From assembly GCA_027083115.1 (NCBI GenBank), contig JALWQN010000153.1, positions 1 to 35,644 of the forward strand: 35,644 nucleotides of DNA. Reading direction: 5' to 3'. The DNA is from Desulfurococcales archaeon. GTDB lineage: Archaea; Thermoproteota; Thermoprotei_A; Sulfolobales; NBVN01. Position numbers and translations under genes: made by a program. Each line of letters begins with the position of its first letter. The first letter of the stretch is position 1. The notes below the pieces were generated by a model, which searched no databases, had not been told where the DNA came from, and saw only the letters and a list, made by a program, of their open reading frames with translations. Below are positions 9,230 through 18,676 of the stretch, one piece after another.

Positions 9230-10621
9230 ATGGGATGGTTAGATGCCTTCGCAGAAATGGGGAAATATATCCCCTCAGCGCCAAAGCCCGCTAGAAAGCC
9301 TGACTTAAAGGCTAGACTAATTTACACTTTGCTTGCCCTCATAGCTTATTACTTACTTGCGTCCACACTTGCTTACCCTCTTGCCGCCTTCCCGCAAGCT
9401 AAGGGTGTCCCACTCCCACAAATGATAAGCATTGTTTTCGCCTCTACCAGGGGCTCAATAGCTCAGCTAGGTATAGGGCCTCTAGTAACTGCTGGTTTAA
9501 TAATTCAGATACTTGTGGGTGCTAAACTACTTGATCTAGATCTAAATGAGCCTGAAGACAGGAAAGTCTTCACTCAAGCTGAGAAAGGCATGGCTGTAAT
9601 CATAGCTGTAGCTGAAGGATTAGGTTTTGCTCTATACTACAGGCTAAATACTTACGTTACTGCAGCAATCTTCCTCCAGTTTTTCATAGGTGCCATAATT
9701 TTAATGATACTTGATGAAAGCATACAAAAAGGTTATGGAATAGGATCTGGAGTCAGCCTATTCATTCTTGGCAACATAGCCAGGGCTGTCATGTGGGACA
9801 TGTTCGGACCATTAAAAATTCCAGACCTTAATCAGTATTTCGGGATATTCCCATACCTGGCCTCATACTTTGAGGGCATTAAGGTAGATAGTTACAGGCT
9901 TCTGATAGGGTACTACAGGGGCGTAGGTGCCGTACCTACATTAACGGGTTTCGCAGCTTTCCTTGTTCTTGCCCTCGTCCTCGTCTACCTGCAGCAGATG
10001 AAGGTCAACATACCAGTAACCATGCAAAGACTTCCCGGCATAAAGAGTAAGGTACCTCTTCAGTTTCTCTACGTATCTAACATCCCTATCCTTCTAGTCG
10101 GTATAGTTTTTTCAGACCTACTACTTCTCAATAACTTATCATCCGCCTACTTGCAGCAGAACGCACCATGGCTGGCAAGTATACTGACGGCCAGTGTTGA
10201 ATATATGTCACCGCCTAGATCGATTCTGTTTTTGCAGGTGGCTCCATTAAGGGTGGCAATATATTCTGTTCTTTTAGTTGGTCTCTCCTTACTTTTTGGG
10301 TTAATGTGGGTTGAGGTAGCCGGTCTTGGTCCTGAAGCGCAGGCAGAAAACTTAATTAAGTCAGGCCTCCAAATGCCTGGCCACAGAAAGAGTCAGAAAT
10401 TGCTTCAGGCTGTCTTGGCAAAGTACATTTACCCTCTCACCCTGCTGTCCTCCTTGGTGGTAGGTGTTATTGCTTTAATTGCTGATATTTTCGGTGCTTT
10501 TGGCACAGGGATGGGGTTGCTTTTAGCTGTAGGTATAGTTTATCAGTTCTATATGCAGATAGCTTACGAAAGAGCTATAGAGGCATATCCATTACTAAAG
10601 AAGGTGATGGGGAGGGAGTGA
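9230..10621 (+). CDS. secY: Preprotein translocase subunit SecY
   Basis: Multi-pass membrane protein with LGIGPLVTAGLIIQ, GIGSGVSLFI and YVSNIPILL; follows uL15. Confidence 0.97.
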   Translation: MGWLDAFAEMGKYIPSAPKPARKPDLKARLIYTLLALIAYYLLASTLAYPLAAFPQAKGVPLPQMISIVFASTRGSIAQLGIGPLVTAGLIIQILVGAKLLDLDLNEPEDRKVFTQAEKGMAVIIAVAEGLGFALYYRLNTYVTAAIFLQFFIGAIILMILDESIQKGYGIGSGVSLFILGNIARAVMWDMFGPLKIPDLNQYFGIFPYLASYFEGIKVDSYRLLIGYYRGVGAVPTLTGFAAFLVLALVLVYLQQMKVNIPVTMQRLPGIKSKVPLQFLYVSNIPILLVGIVFSDLLLLNNLSSAYLQQNAPWLASILTASVEYMSPPRSILFLQVAPLRVAIYSVLLVGLSLLFGLMWVEVAGLGPEAQAENLIKSGLQMPGHRKSQKLLQAVLAKYIYPLTLLSSLVVGVIALIADIFGAFGTGMGLLLAVGIVYQFYMQIAYERAIEAYPLLKKVMGRE

Positions 10622-11244
10622 TGTTGGAACCACTCAAAAACTTCCGGATAGTGGTTGTTGCTGGATTACCTGGTGTTGGGAAATCAACTGTTCTTTCAAG
10701 AACTTCGGAACTACTTAGGGCGGAAGGCTACCTACCTGAAGTCATAAATTATGGGGACTTCATGTTTGAGTTCGCTAAGAGAAAAGGTGTTAAATCAAGG
10801 GATGACTTAAGGAAGCTACCACTAAATGAGCAGAAAAAACTTCAGGCTTCTGTAGCGAAGGAAATAAGGAATTACGTCATTAACAAAGCAAGAGGTGACG
10901 TTGCCACCTTCATTGCCTTCATAGATACTCATGTCCTCATTAAAACGTCCTCAGGTCTTTGGCCAGGTCTTCCAGAATACGTAATTAAGGAATTAGTGCC
11001 TGACTCAATAGTCATTGTTGAGGCGTCCCCTGAAGAAATAGTTTCAAGGCAATTAAGAGATAAAACAAGATACCGAGCTGACTATGCTGACACTGCATTA
11101 GTTAAGGAATTAATGGATTTAATGAGGGTTTTTGCGATATCTGCCGCTACCTTGGTAGGGGCTTCAGTAAATTTTGTGGTGAATAGAGAAGGTAAGGTAG
11201 ACGAGGCTGCTCATTCATTAGCTGAGATCATTAGAAGGCTTTAA
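10618..11244 (+). CDS. adkA: Archaeal adenylate kinase
   Basis: P-loop GLPGVGKST, NYGDFM, RDDLRKL, IDTH and PGLP motifs; follows secY. Confidence 0.94.
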   Translation: MMLEPLKNFRIVVVAGLPGVGKSTVLSRTSELLRAEGYLPEVINYGDFMFEFAKRKGVKSRDDLRKLPLNEQKKLQASVAKEIRNYVINKARGDVATFIAFIDTHVLIKTSSGLWPGLPEYVIKELVPDSIVIVEASPEEIVSRQLRDKTRYRADYADTALVKELMDLMRVFAISAATLVGASVNFVVNREGKVDEAAHSLAEIIRRL

Positions 11245-11246
11245 CG

Positions 11247-11708
11247 ATGCTTACGGCATTATATGTAGTTGCTGCTTTCGTAGCATTGCTTCCTTGGTCC
11301 TATATAGTTAAGTTTTACGGCATGAGAATAGGCCTGAAAGGAATACTTAAGGAAACCTCTAAGGTAAAGAATGAGCTATCTAAGGTACCCGAAAGCAAAC
11401 CTAAGAAGAAAAGGATCCTTACAGAACGTTATAGGGAGCTAAGAGGGAAGGTAAGCAGGTTCATAATGCTGAACCTAATTCTCTTGTGGGTAGGTGTCAT
11501 AGGCTCTTTAATATTTGCTCGACTAGTAACCGTGGTTACTGCTAATCTACTGGGTATCTATCCCTACATACCATCCCCTTTGCTTCTTCCTTACGTAAGT
11601 GTTAACGGAGCACTAAACGACTTAATACTTTATCTTGCGGCTCTTTTAGCGTACCTCCCGCTCCATAACAGAATAACTGGCATTAAAGCACTTCACGAAA
11701 TTAGGTAA
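11247..11708 (+). CDS. Membrane protein, probably a divergent DUF106 (EMC3/TMCO1/Oxa1-superfamily) member
   Basis: TM - basic coiled coil - TM - TM layout, in the adk/eL34 slot that DUF106 usually occupies. The family call rests on position and topology only. Confidence 0.55.
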   Translation: MLTALYVVAAFVALLPWSYIVKFYGMRIGLKGILKETSKVKNELSKVPESKPKKKRILTERYRELRGKVSRFIMLNLILLWVGVIGSLIFARLVTVVTANLLGIYPYIPSPLLLPYVSVNGALNDLILYLAALLAYLPLHNRITGIKALHEIR

Positions 11709-11822
11709 ACCCGATATCGAAGGGATTCACTACATTTACGCAATTTATTTCTGGATTTCCAGCACTCCTGAAATATTTATTAAATTCACTGAGCCTAACA
11801 CAATTTAGGGGTTGATATTTAC

Positions 11823-12092
11823 ATGGTTAGGCCTGGACTGAGGTCAAGATCGGTTAGGAGAATCAGCAAGAGGGTTCCTGGTGGAGAAAGCAGGGTTTTC
11901 TATGTTAGGAGGAAACATTACAGGGTGAGTGATCCCGTGACTGGCGAGCGACTGAATGGAATCCCACTAAATCCTATTTGGATACGTAAAGGGGCTAAAG
12001 CCAGAAAAAGGCCAGAAAGAATTTTTGGGGGCGTGTTATCTCCAAGCACTTTAGCTACGGCCCTAAAGGTAGTCATTAGAAGTTCAGTGTAG
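11823..12092 (+). CDS. rpl34e: 50S ribosomal protein eL34
   Basis: RPGLRSRS, RVPGG, LNGIP and KRPERIFGGVL motifs. Confidence 0.93.
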   Translation: MVRPGLRSRSVRRISKRVPGGESRVFYVRRKHYRVSDPVTGERLNGIPLNPIWIRKGAKARKRPERIFGGVLSPSTLATALKVVIRSSV

Positions 12093-12102
12093 GGGTCACT
12101 TT

Positions 12103-12696
12103 TTGATTAACTCAACACATGAGATAGAAACTCCCTACTGTAAGTTTGGTGTAGTTATTGCAGTAAGTGGTTTACCTGGATCAGGAAAATCAACCCTAGC
12201 TAAGATGCTAGCAGATAATTTAGGGCTTCGTTACATATCTTCAGGCGGCCTTTTTCGTGCCATGGCTCGTGAGAGAGGGATGTCGCTGGAGGAGTTCACT
12301 AAGTACGCAGAATTAAATCATTCAATAGATTTGGAAATCGATCGTAGGGCAGCCGACGAAGCCAGGAAGGGATGCGCAATTATTGATGGCCATATTGCTG
12401 CATGGGTTGTTAAGGACTATGCTCACATTAAGGTCTTCCTAAAAGCTTCAAGGGAAGTTAGGGCTAAGAGGGTTTCTGAGAGGGACGGGATTTCTTATGG
12501 TGAGGCGTTAAAGCAGGTGGTTTTAAGGGATGAGTCAGAGATCAAGCGCTTTAGAGAGATTTACGGTATAGACATGAATGACTTATCTATTTTTGATTTA
12601 GTCATAAATACGGAGAAGTTTGATGTTGAGGGTGTGTTCAACATAGTTCTGACTGCAGCCAAAAACTTCTTGAGGAAGCTAATTAACCTGAAGTAG
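12103..12696 (+). CDS. cmk: Cytidylate kinase
   Basis: SGLPGSGKST, SSGGLFRAMA and RFREIYGID motifs; lies between eL34 and eL14. Confidence 0.94.
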   Translation: MINSTHEIETPYCKFGVVIAVSGLPGSGKSTLAKMLADNLGLRYISSGGLFRAMARERGMSLEEFTKYAELNHSIDLEIDRRAADEARKGCAIIDGHIAAWVVKDYAHIKVFLKASREVRAKRVSERDGISYGEALKQVVLRDESEIKRFREIYGIDMNDLSIFDLVINTEKFDVEGVFNIVLTAAKNFLRKLINLK

Positions 12697-12710
12697 GAAA
12701 AGCTTAAAGA
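12696..12710 (+). promoter_or_regulatory. Putative BRE+TATA promoter for rpl14e-cbf5
   Basis: GGAAAAG-CTTAAAG about 35 nt upstream of ATG 12744. Confidence 0.5.
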
Positions 12711-12743
12711 TTGTTCTTTAGTTATGAGTTAGGTGGGCAAGTA

Positions 12744-13058
12744 ATGGTAGCAATTAAGGTAGGGAGAGTATGCGTTAAGTTGCTTGGCAGGGAAGCAGGA
12801 CGTAAGTGCGTTATTATTGATATAGTTGACCATAACTTTGTGGTCATAACTGGACCTAAAGAATTGACTGGCGTTAGAAGAAGGAAAGCCAATATAGATC
12901 ATATAGAACCTACTGATAAAGAAATTAACATATCTAAAGGGGCAAGCGATGAGGAAGTCCTTAAGGCTATTGAGGAGGCAGGGCTTACTGACTTCATGAA
13001 GGAGAAAGTGCGGATAACTAAGAAAGAGCTGCTTGAAACGAAGGCGTTAAAGGCATAG
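12744..13058 (+). CDS. rpl14e: 50S ribosomal protein eL14
   Basis: VGRVCVKLLGREAGRKCVIIDIVD and TGPKELTGVRRRK; ATG 12744 follows SD AGGTGG. Confidence 0.96.
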   Translation: MVAIKVGRVCVKLLGREAGRKCVIIDIVDHNFVVITGPKELTGVRRRKANIDHIEPTDKEINISKGASDEEVLKAIEEAGLTDFMKEKVRITKKELLETKALKA

Positions 13059-13117
13059 TGCAAATGCAGTTAATTCTTAACTAGTAATTTGGTTTTATTA
13101 TGAAGAGGTAAGAAAAT

Positions 13118-14156
13118 TTGAGTGAAGGCCTAAATTTTCTGGAAAAACTCGATGGTTTTGCAGGAATAGATAGAAGATGGATCCAAATTAAGGAAGCAGA
13201 AACTAGTCCTAACTATGGCAAGCATCCTGAAGAAAGAACCATAAATGAGCTCATGAAATTAGGCGTAATAAATCTCGATAAACCTCCTGGACCAACGAGT
13301 CATGAAGTAACTTCCTGGATTAAGAAAATGCTTGGTGTCGGGAAGGCCGGGCATGCAGGGACCCTAGAGCCGGCTTAGCCGGTGGGGATACCCTAAAACC
13401 ACGGGTGTGCTTCCCGTAGCCTTAGAGAACGCATCAAAAATGCTGAAGTACTTGACTCTATCAACAAAGGCTTACATTACAGTGATGCAGTTACATAAAA
13501 AAGTGGATAAGGGTAGGTTAATGGAGGTTATTAAGGAATTCACTGGCAGAATCTACCAGAAACCCCCAGTGAGGTCCTCAGTGAAGAGGGCCTTAAGGAC
13601 TAAGACGATCTATGAGCTTGAAGTACTTGAGATCAATTATCCTTGTGTTCTACTGAAAATTACCTGTGAGCACGGTACGTACGTAAGGAAGTTAATTCAC
13701 GATATTGGGGAAGTACTTGGTGTGGGAGCGCATATGAGGGAACTTCGTAGAGTGAGGACAGGTCCTTTTAAGGAAGACAAGAGTTTGGTTACGATGCATC
13801 AACTATCTGAGGCAGTATATATCTATAAAGAGCTGAATGACGAATCAACTCTTAAGAAATACATTATGCCGGGTGAATATATGGTTTCCCATTTGCCCAA
13901 GATCGTTGCCACTGATTCTGCAGTAGCATCAATAACTTATGGTGCTGACCTAGCTATACCTGGAGTTGTCGCGTTGCATGAGAAAATACGGAAGGGAGAT
14001 GATGTCGCTATTTTCACACTGAAGGGAGAGATAGTGGCTACGGGAATTGCTCAGAAACATACTGAAGAGGTTCTTGAAAGCAAGAAGGGAATAGCTGTAA
14101 AAACTAAAAGGGTAATTATGGAGAGAAAAATATATCCCAGGAAAACAAGGATTTAA
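13118..14156 (+). CDS. cbf5: Cbf5 RNA-guided pseudouridine synthase, join(13118..13367,13390..14156), 338 aa after intron removal
   Basis: Track ORFs 13118..13378 and 13407..14156 are two halves of one gene. Removing 22 nt restores the catalytic motif GHAGTLDPKTTGVLP. DKPPGPTSHEV and a C-terminal PUA domain are present. Confidence 0.94.
13368..13389 (+). other. 22-nt archaeal pre-mRNA intron with relaxed BHB motif in the catalytic Asp codon of cbf5
   Basis: CCCT(13362-65) pairs with GGGG(13384-87); 3-nt bulges AGA and ATA; internal hairpin GCCGGC-TTA-GCCGGT; in-frame TAG inside; G|AC rejoins to give Asp. Confidence 0.9.
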
Positions 14157-14180
14157 AAGAATTGGAGGAATTCCTTATTG

Positions 14181-14268
14181 GCCGGGGTGCCCGAGCGGTC
14201 TAAGGGGCCGGCCTTGAGAGCCGGTGGGCTTCGCGCCTGCGCGGGTTCAAATCCCGCCCCCGGCGCCA
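14181..14268 (+). tRNA. tRNA-Ser(UGA)
   Basis: Cloverleaf with long variable arm, anticodon arm CCGGC-CTTGAGA-GCCGG, T-loop TTCAAAT, encoded CCA. Confidence 0.96.
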
Positions 14269-14448
14269 CAGAATACCTCAGGGCAAGTTAGTCCCTTCGA
14301 ACCTAATCTCGTCCACCTCAAGCATAAGCATGGACGCTATCTTGTGATCACGCAATCTGAGGATTTCTTAGCGTGTTGAGGAACTTCATAGATTAATTTG
14401 CTAAACTTTATTAAAAACCCCTTAAACAATACATTTAGGTGATACAAC

Positions 14449-15939
14449 CTGAACGTTAAAGGGACTTACGCCCTTCTGCTGTCATTAATCGTTATTGTAG
14501 GTGTTGCTGCAGGAATTGTGGCCTCGCAGTCTGTGGTTAAGGCACAAACAAAGAAGGACTCAGTATGTATAGTTTACGACATAGGTGGTAGGGGAGATTT
14601 AGGCTTTAACGACATGGCTTACTTAGGTGCGCAAATTGTTCATCAGAAGTTAGGTCTAAAGATAATTTCGCTGTCTTCAACCAGTCAGGATGACTATCTA
14701 CCTAACTTAAGGACTCTTGCGAAGCAAGGTAACTGCGCAATAATTGTGGGTGTCGGTTTCTTAATGACTGACGCTGTGAAGCAAGTAGCTAAGGAATTCC
14801 CGAACCAACTGTTTGCGGGAGTTGATGAATACATACCAAACGAATCTAACGTAATAGGCATAGTATTTAGGGAGAATGAGGGTTCAGCCTTAGCTGGTGC
14901 GTTAGCGGCCCTCACGGCAATATATTATAACGCAAACAAGGTTGGCTTAGTTTTAGGTATGGAGATACCTGTTCTCTATAAGTTCGAAGGTGGCTACAGA
15001 TACGGCGTCTGGTGGGCTGCTCAGTGGTATAAGCATCGCTTCGGCCAAGAGAAAGACATTTCGGTCCTATACCAGTATACAGGAACCTTCAAAGACCCTG
15101 CTAAAGGAAAGGAAGCAACCCTCGCTCAGCTCCAGCAGGGAGCAATAGTGGTTTACAACGTTGCTGGCGCAACAGGTTTAGGAATATTTGACGCTGTCTC
15201 TCAGTGGGGGGCACAGCACGGTAAGACTCACGGACCGCCTTTCGGTATAGGTGTTGACTCCGATCAGGACTGGATTAAGCCCGGATGGATAATAGCGTCA
15301 ATGATGAAGCGTGTTGATATGGGTGTCTACTACGCTACAGAGAAAGCCCTACAGTATGAAGAAGGTAAAATCAACTCCTACGGTGGTCTAATGTCGTTAG
15401 GAGTTAAAGAGAATGGAACTGTCCTATCAAGCATTAACGACCTATATACCTTCATGAAGATGGGTGTTGAGGAAGGCGTTATTAAACAAAGTCAGGAGCA
15501 ACAAATAGTTCAGGAAGTGAAGGCCATCAGGAACCAATTACCTTCGTGGGTTTGGGAAGCCGTTAACGAGTTAAAGCAGGAAATACTGTCTGGTAATGTG
15601 AAGGTACCTATGCCAATGACTAAATCCGATATTGAGAAAGTGAGGACAGAGTACTCGGTTGCTTCCCCTGACGCAGAAGGCTGGAAACTCTCTTGGACAC
15701 CGCCTCCAGCCATGACGTCCACGACAACTTCAGCACCTCTTCCAGTAAGTACAGTTACGGTAACATCTACATTGACTACAACAAAAACCGTTACTGCAGG
15801 TACTGCATCAACGGTTACATCTACTGTGACTACAACAAAGACAATCTCTGCAGGAACTAGCTGGGCGATTGCTTGGACCTTATTCGTGGTCGGCTTAATA
15901 ATTGGTGCTGCTGCAATATACGTGATAAAGCGTAAGTGA
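14449..15939 (+). CDS. BMP-family ABC transporter substrate-binding protein (nucleoside/purine type) with Ser/Thr-rich linker and C-terminal membrane anchor
   Basis: GGRGDLGFND, FRENEGSALAG, IGVDSDQD and SMMKRVD motifs. The frame extends upstream of the track start (14518) through a signal peptide to CTG 14449. Confidence 0.9.
   Translation: MNVKGTYALLLSLIVIVGVAAGIVASQSVVKAQTKKDSVCIVYDIGGRGDLGFNDMAYLGAQIVHQKLGLKIISLSSTSQDDYLPNLRTLAKQGNCAIIVGVGFLMTDAVKQVAKEFPNQLFAGVDEYIPNESNVIGIVFRENEGSALAGALAALTAIYYNANKVGLVLGMEIPVLYKFEGGYRYGVWWAAQWYKHRFGQEKDISVLYQYTGTFKDPAKGKEATLAQLQQGAIVVYNVAGATGLGIFDAVSQWGAQHGKTHGPPFGIGVDSDQDWIKPGWIIASMMKRVDMGVYYATEKALQYEEGKINSYGGLMSLGVKENGTVLSSINDLYTFMKMGVEEGVIKQSQEQQIVQEVKAIRNQLPSWVWEAVNELKQEILSGNVKVPMPMTKSDIEKVRTEYSVASPDAEGWKLSWTPPPAMTSTTTSAPLPVSTVTVTSTLTTTKTVTAGTASTVTSTVTTTKTISAGTSWAIAWTLFVVGLIIGAAAIYVIKRK
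15751..15858 (+). repeat. Imperfect tandem duplication encoding the Thr-rich linker
   Basis: TVTSTLTTTKTVTAGT followed by TVTSTVTTTKTISAGT; shared DNA segments acatctac..gactacaacaaa..ctgcagg. Confidence 0.65.
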
Positions 15940-15969
15940 AGTCAAAAACCATATTTCAATAATATTTCA

Positions 15970-15990
15970 ATATTTTTAATTCTTTTTCAC
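15970..15990 (+). terminator. Putative T-rich archaeal terminator after the binding-protein gene
   Basis: tatttttaattctttttc about 30 nt after the stop codon. Confidence 0.4.
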
Positions 15991-16085
15991 CTTAATTCGT
16001 CATAAAATTTGGTATTATTTGCTTAGTAAGTAAAAATATAAAGCGTTTTAACCCTCTTCTTCACCCTAAAATAAGGATTGAGAGC

Positions 16086-17591
16086 TTGGTAGAGCCCTTA
16101 GTCAAAGTTGCCGATGTCGTGAAGGTATATCCTGACGGTACTGTGGCTTTGAGGGGTGTTAGTCTAGATATCTTTCCTAATGAAATACTTGGTTTGCTTG
16201 GTGAGAATGGTGCAGGAAAAACTACATTAATGAAGATCGTTTCAGGTCTTCTACAACCGACTGAAGGTAAACTATACGTTTATGGTAAGCCAGTTAAGTT
16301 CTCGATGCCTGCCCAAGCCCTTAAAATGGGTATAGGTATGGTTCATCAGAACATACCTTTAGTTCATAACTTCACTGGGCTAGAGAATATTTTGTTAGGT
16401 TATAAAGGAATTAAGAGGGATGAAGCTCTCGAGAGATTACGTGACTTAATGAGTAAGACAGGGCTTAAAGTTAGGCTTGACGTACCTGTTGAGGATTTGT
16501 CCTTGGGTGAGAGACAGCGTATTGAAATATTGAAGATGCTCTTCAGGGGAGTTAAGATACTGATTATGGATGAGCCCACAACTAACCTAACACCTGTTGA
16601 GACTAAAGACCTTTTCAGGCTTCTTAAGCAGTTAGCTTATGAAGGAAAAGCAGTTGTTTTCATATCCCACAAAATTAAGGAAGTTATGGAGATTACTGAC
16701 CGTGTTGTTGTTTTACGTAAGGGTAAAGTTGTTGGCAGACTAAAGACTAAGGAGACAACCCCTAAAGAACTTGCTTCCTTAATGGTTGGTAGGGAAGTAG
16801 TGTTCAGCTATCCTCCAAAGAAGGAGGTCCCAAATCAGAAGGATTTATTGGTTGTGAAGGATTTATGGGTTACTGATGACTTAGGTAGGCAAGCAGTTAG
16901 GGGAATCTCTTTCACTCTGAAGTCAGGAGAGATATTAGGTGTAGCAGGTGTTGAAGGTAACGGTCAGAAGGAACTTGTTGAGGCACTAACTGGGCTCAGA
17001 GTCATAGATAAGGGCAAAGTAATTCTTATGGGTGAGGAAGTCACTGGAGCAGATCCAGGTACCCTATCGTTCAGGGGCTTAGTGCATATACCTGAAGACA
17101 GGAAGAACGTCGGCCTTGTGTTAACCATGAGTGTTCTAGAAAACGTGTTCTTAGGTCTGCACAGATATCCTGAGTTCCTGAAGCCAGGCAAACTAATAAA
17201 CTGGAATAAGGTTACGGAACACGCTAGGAAATTAATTAAAAGGTTCGAGATTGTAGTTAGGTCCCTTAAGTCACCTGCTAAGTCCTTAAGTGGAGGAAAC
17301 CAGCAGAAACTTATCGTTGCTAGGGAATTAAGTAAGAAACCTTCAGTAATTATTGCTGCAAACCCGACCAGAGGTCTTGATGTTGCATCAACCCAGTTCG
17401 TGAGGAACTTACTCATTAACTTAAGGAATCAAGGGATAGGGATTCTTCTTATTTCTTCTGACTTAGATGAGGTTCTGGACCTTTCTGACAGGGTTGCAGT
17501 AATGTATGAAGGGAAATTCACTTCGCTTAAACCGGTTAAGGATTACACCCTCCAGGAGATTGGTCTGCTTATGGGAGGTGTTAATGCTTGA
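16086..17591 (+). CDS. CUT2-family ABC transporter ATP-binding protein (tandem NBDs)
   Basis: Walker A GENGAGKTT, LSLGERQRIEI, IMDEPT, second domain LSGGNQQK and NPTRGLD. Confidence 0.95.
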   Translation: MVEPLVKVADVVKVYPDGTVALRGVSLDIFPNEILGLLGENGAGKTTLMKIVSGLLQPTEGKLYVYGKPVKFSMPAQALKMGIGMVHQNIPLVHNFTGLENILLGYKGIKRDEALERLRDLMSKTGLKVRLDVPVEDLSLGERQRIEILKMLFRGVKILIMDEPTTNLTPVETKDLFRLLKQLAYEGKAVVFISHKIKEVMEITDRVVVLRKGKVVGRLKTKETTPKELASLMVGREVVFSYPPKKEVPNQKDLLVVKDLWVTDDLGRQAVRGISFTLKSGEILGVAGVEGNGQKELVEALTGLRVIDKGKVILMGEEVTGADPGTLSFRGLVHIPEDRKNVGLVLTMSVLENVFLGLHRYPEFLKPGKLINWNKVTEHARKLIKRFEIVVRSLKSPAKSLSGGNQQKLIVARELSKKPSVIIAANPTRGLDVASTQFVRNLLINLRNQGIGILLISSDLDEVLDLSDRVAVMYEGKFTSLKPVKDYTLQEIGLLMGGVNA

Positions 17592-18676
17592 GCGCCATTC
17601 TTGAGGTCATTAAGGATAAAGCGGGCCCAGTAATAGATTCCCTTATTGCTTTAACTCTTGGGTTTCTTGGTGGGGCGTTAACAATATACTTCTCAGGTTA
17701 TGATGTTGTTAAGGCGATGAGTCAACTCTATAATTTCTCAATAGGTAATCCATTCGTTAACCCTTACTCCCTAACAATTACGTTAACTTATGCGGGCCCT
17801 CTAATGTTGAGTGGTTTGGCGTTTGCTTTAGGTGTTAGGGCAGGACTTTTTAATATAGGTATTGAAGGGCAAATCTACATGGGTGCTTTCGGAGTAGTTA
17901 TTGCTTCATCCTTTGCTGGCATACCAGCTCCCTTAGAGGTCTTAGCGATAATTCTTGTGGGAATAGGGTTTGCTTTAATGTGGTCGGCTATACCTGCAGC
18001 CCTCAAAGTGTACAGAGAAGTTAATGAGGTAGTGGTGACGATAATGCTTAATTATATTGCGTTAGGTGTCGCAGACTACACGATCTTTAAGTACTTTCCT
18101 AACCCTTCAGACGCAACAAAATCTATAGTGGTGCCAGCATATGCAAGAATACCTCTGTTGATGCCTAATACTAGCCTGTCTTGGAACATAGTAATAAGTA
18201 TTGGTGTTCTCTTAGTCATATATTACGTTCTTTGGTATACTGTTCCAGGCTATGAATTAAGGGTTGCTGGAACTAACCCTAATGCTGCAAGGTATGCAGG
18301 CATAAATCCCAAGAGGGCGATGTTTCTCTCGTTCATGCTTGGTGGTCTTCTAGCTGGTATTGCAGGAATAGAGAAAGTTGCTGGATTACCGCCTTCATAC
18401 TCTGTGCTATCTACCTTAAGCAACCTACAGGGCTTAGGTTTTGAAGGAATTACTGTCTCACTCATTGGGGGCAATCATCCCTTAGGAATAATATTTGCTG
18501 CTATCCTTATAGGGGCCTTGCATGCTGGGGCTAGGGGCTTAAACCTGATTGGTATACCTAAGGAAATCGTTTGGGTCTTTCAAGGAATAATTGTGATTTC
18601 CATAGCTATACCTAATCTATACACATTAATTAAAAGAAAATTTGTTAGTCCGGGTAAGGAGGTGGTTGGCAAATGA
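17588..18676 (+). CDS. ABC transporter permease (nucleoside/sugar type)
   Basis: GLFNIGIEGQ, NEVVVTIMLN and GYELRVAGTNPNAARYAGI; hydrophobic. Confidence 0.93.
   Translation: MSAILEVIKDKAGPVIDSLIALTLGFLGGALTIYFSGYDVVKAMSQLYNFSIGNPFVNPYSLTITLTYAGPLMLSGLAFALGVRAGLFNIGIEGQIYMGAFGVVIASSFAGIPAPLEVLAIILVGIGFALMWSAIPAALKVYREVNEVVVTIMLNYIALGVADYTIFKYFPNPSDATKSIVVPAYARIPLLMPNTSLSWNIVISIGVLLVIYYVLWYTVPGYELRVAGTNPNAARYAGINPKRAMFLSFMLGGLLAGIAGIEKVAGLPPSYSVLSTLSNLQGLGFEGITVSLIGGNHPLGIIFAAILIGALHAGARGLNLIGIPKEIVWVFQGIIVISIAIPNLYTLIKRKFVSPGKEVVGK

Noticed and set aside
13118-14156. cbf5 as a frameshifted pseudogene or two separate genes
   Set aside because: Removing a BHB-bounded 22-nt intron restores the frame and the catalytic motif exactly.
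14270-14400. Possible small RNA after tRNA-Ser (TGA/CTGA-like boxes on both strands)
   Set aside because: No convincing C box and the spacing does not fit a C/D sRNA.
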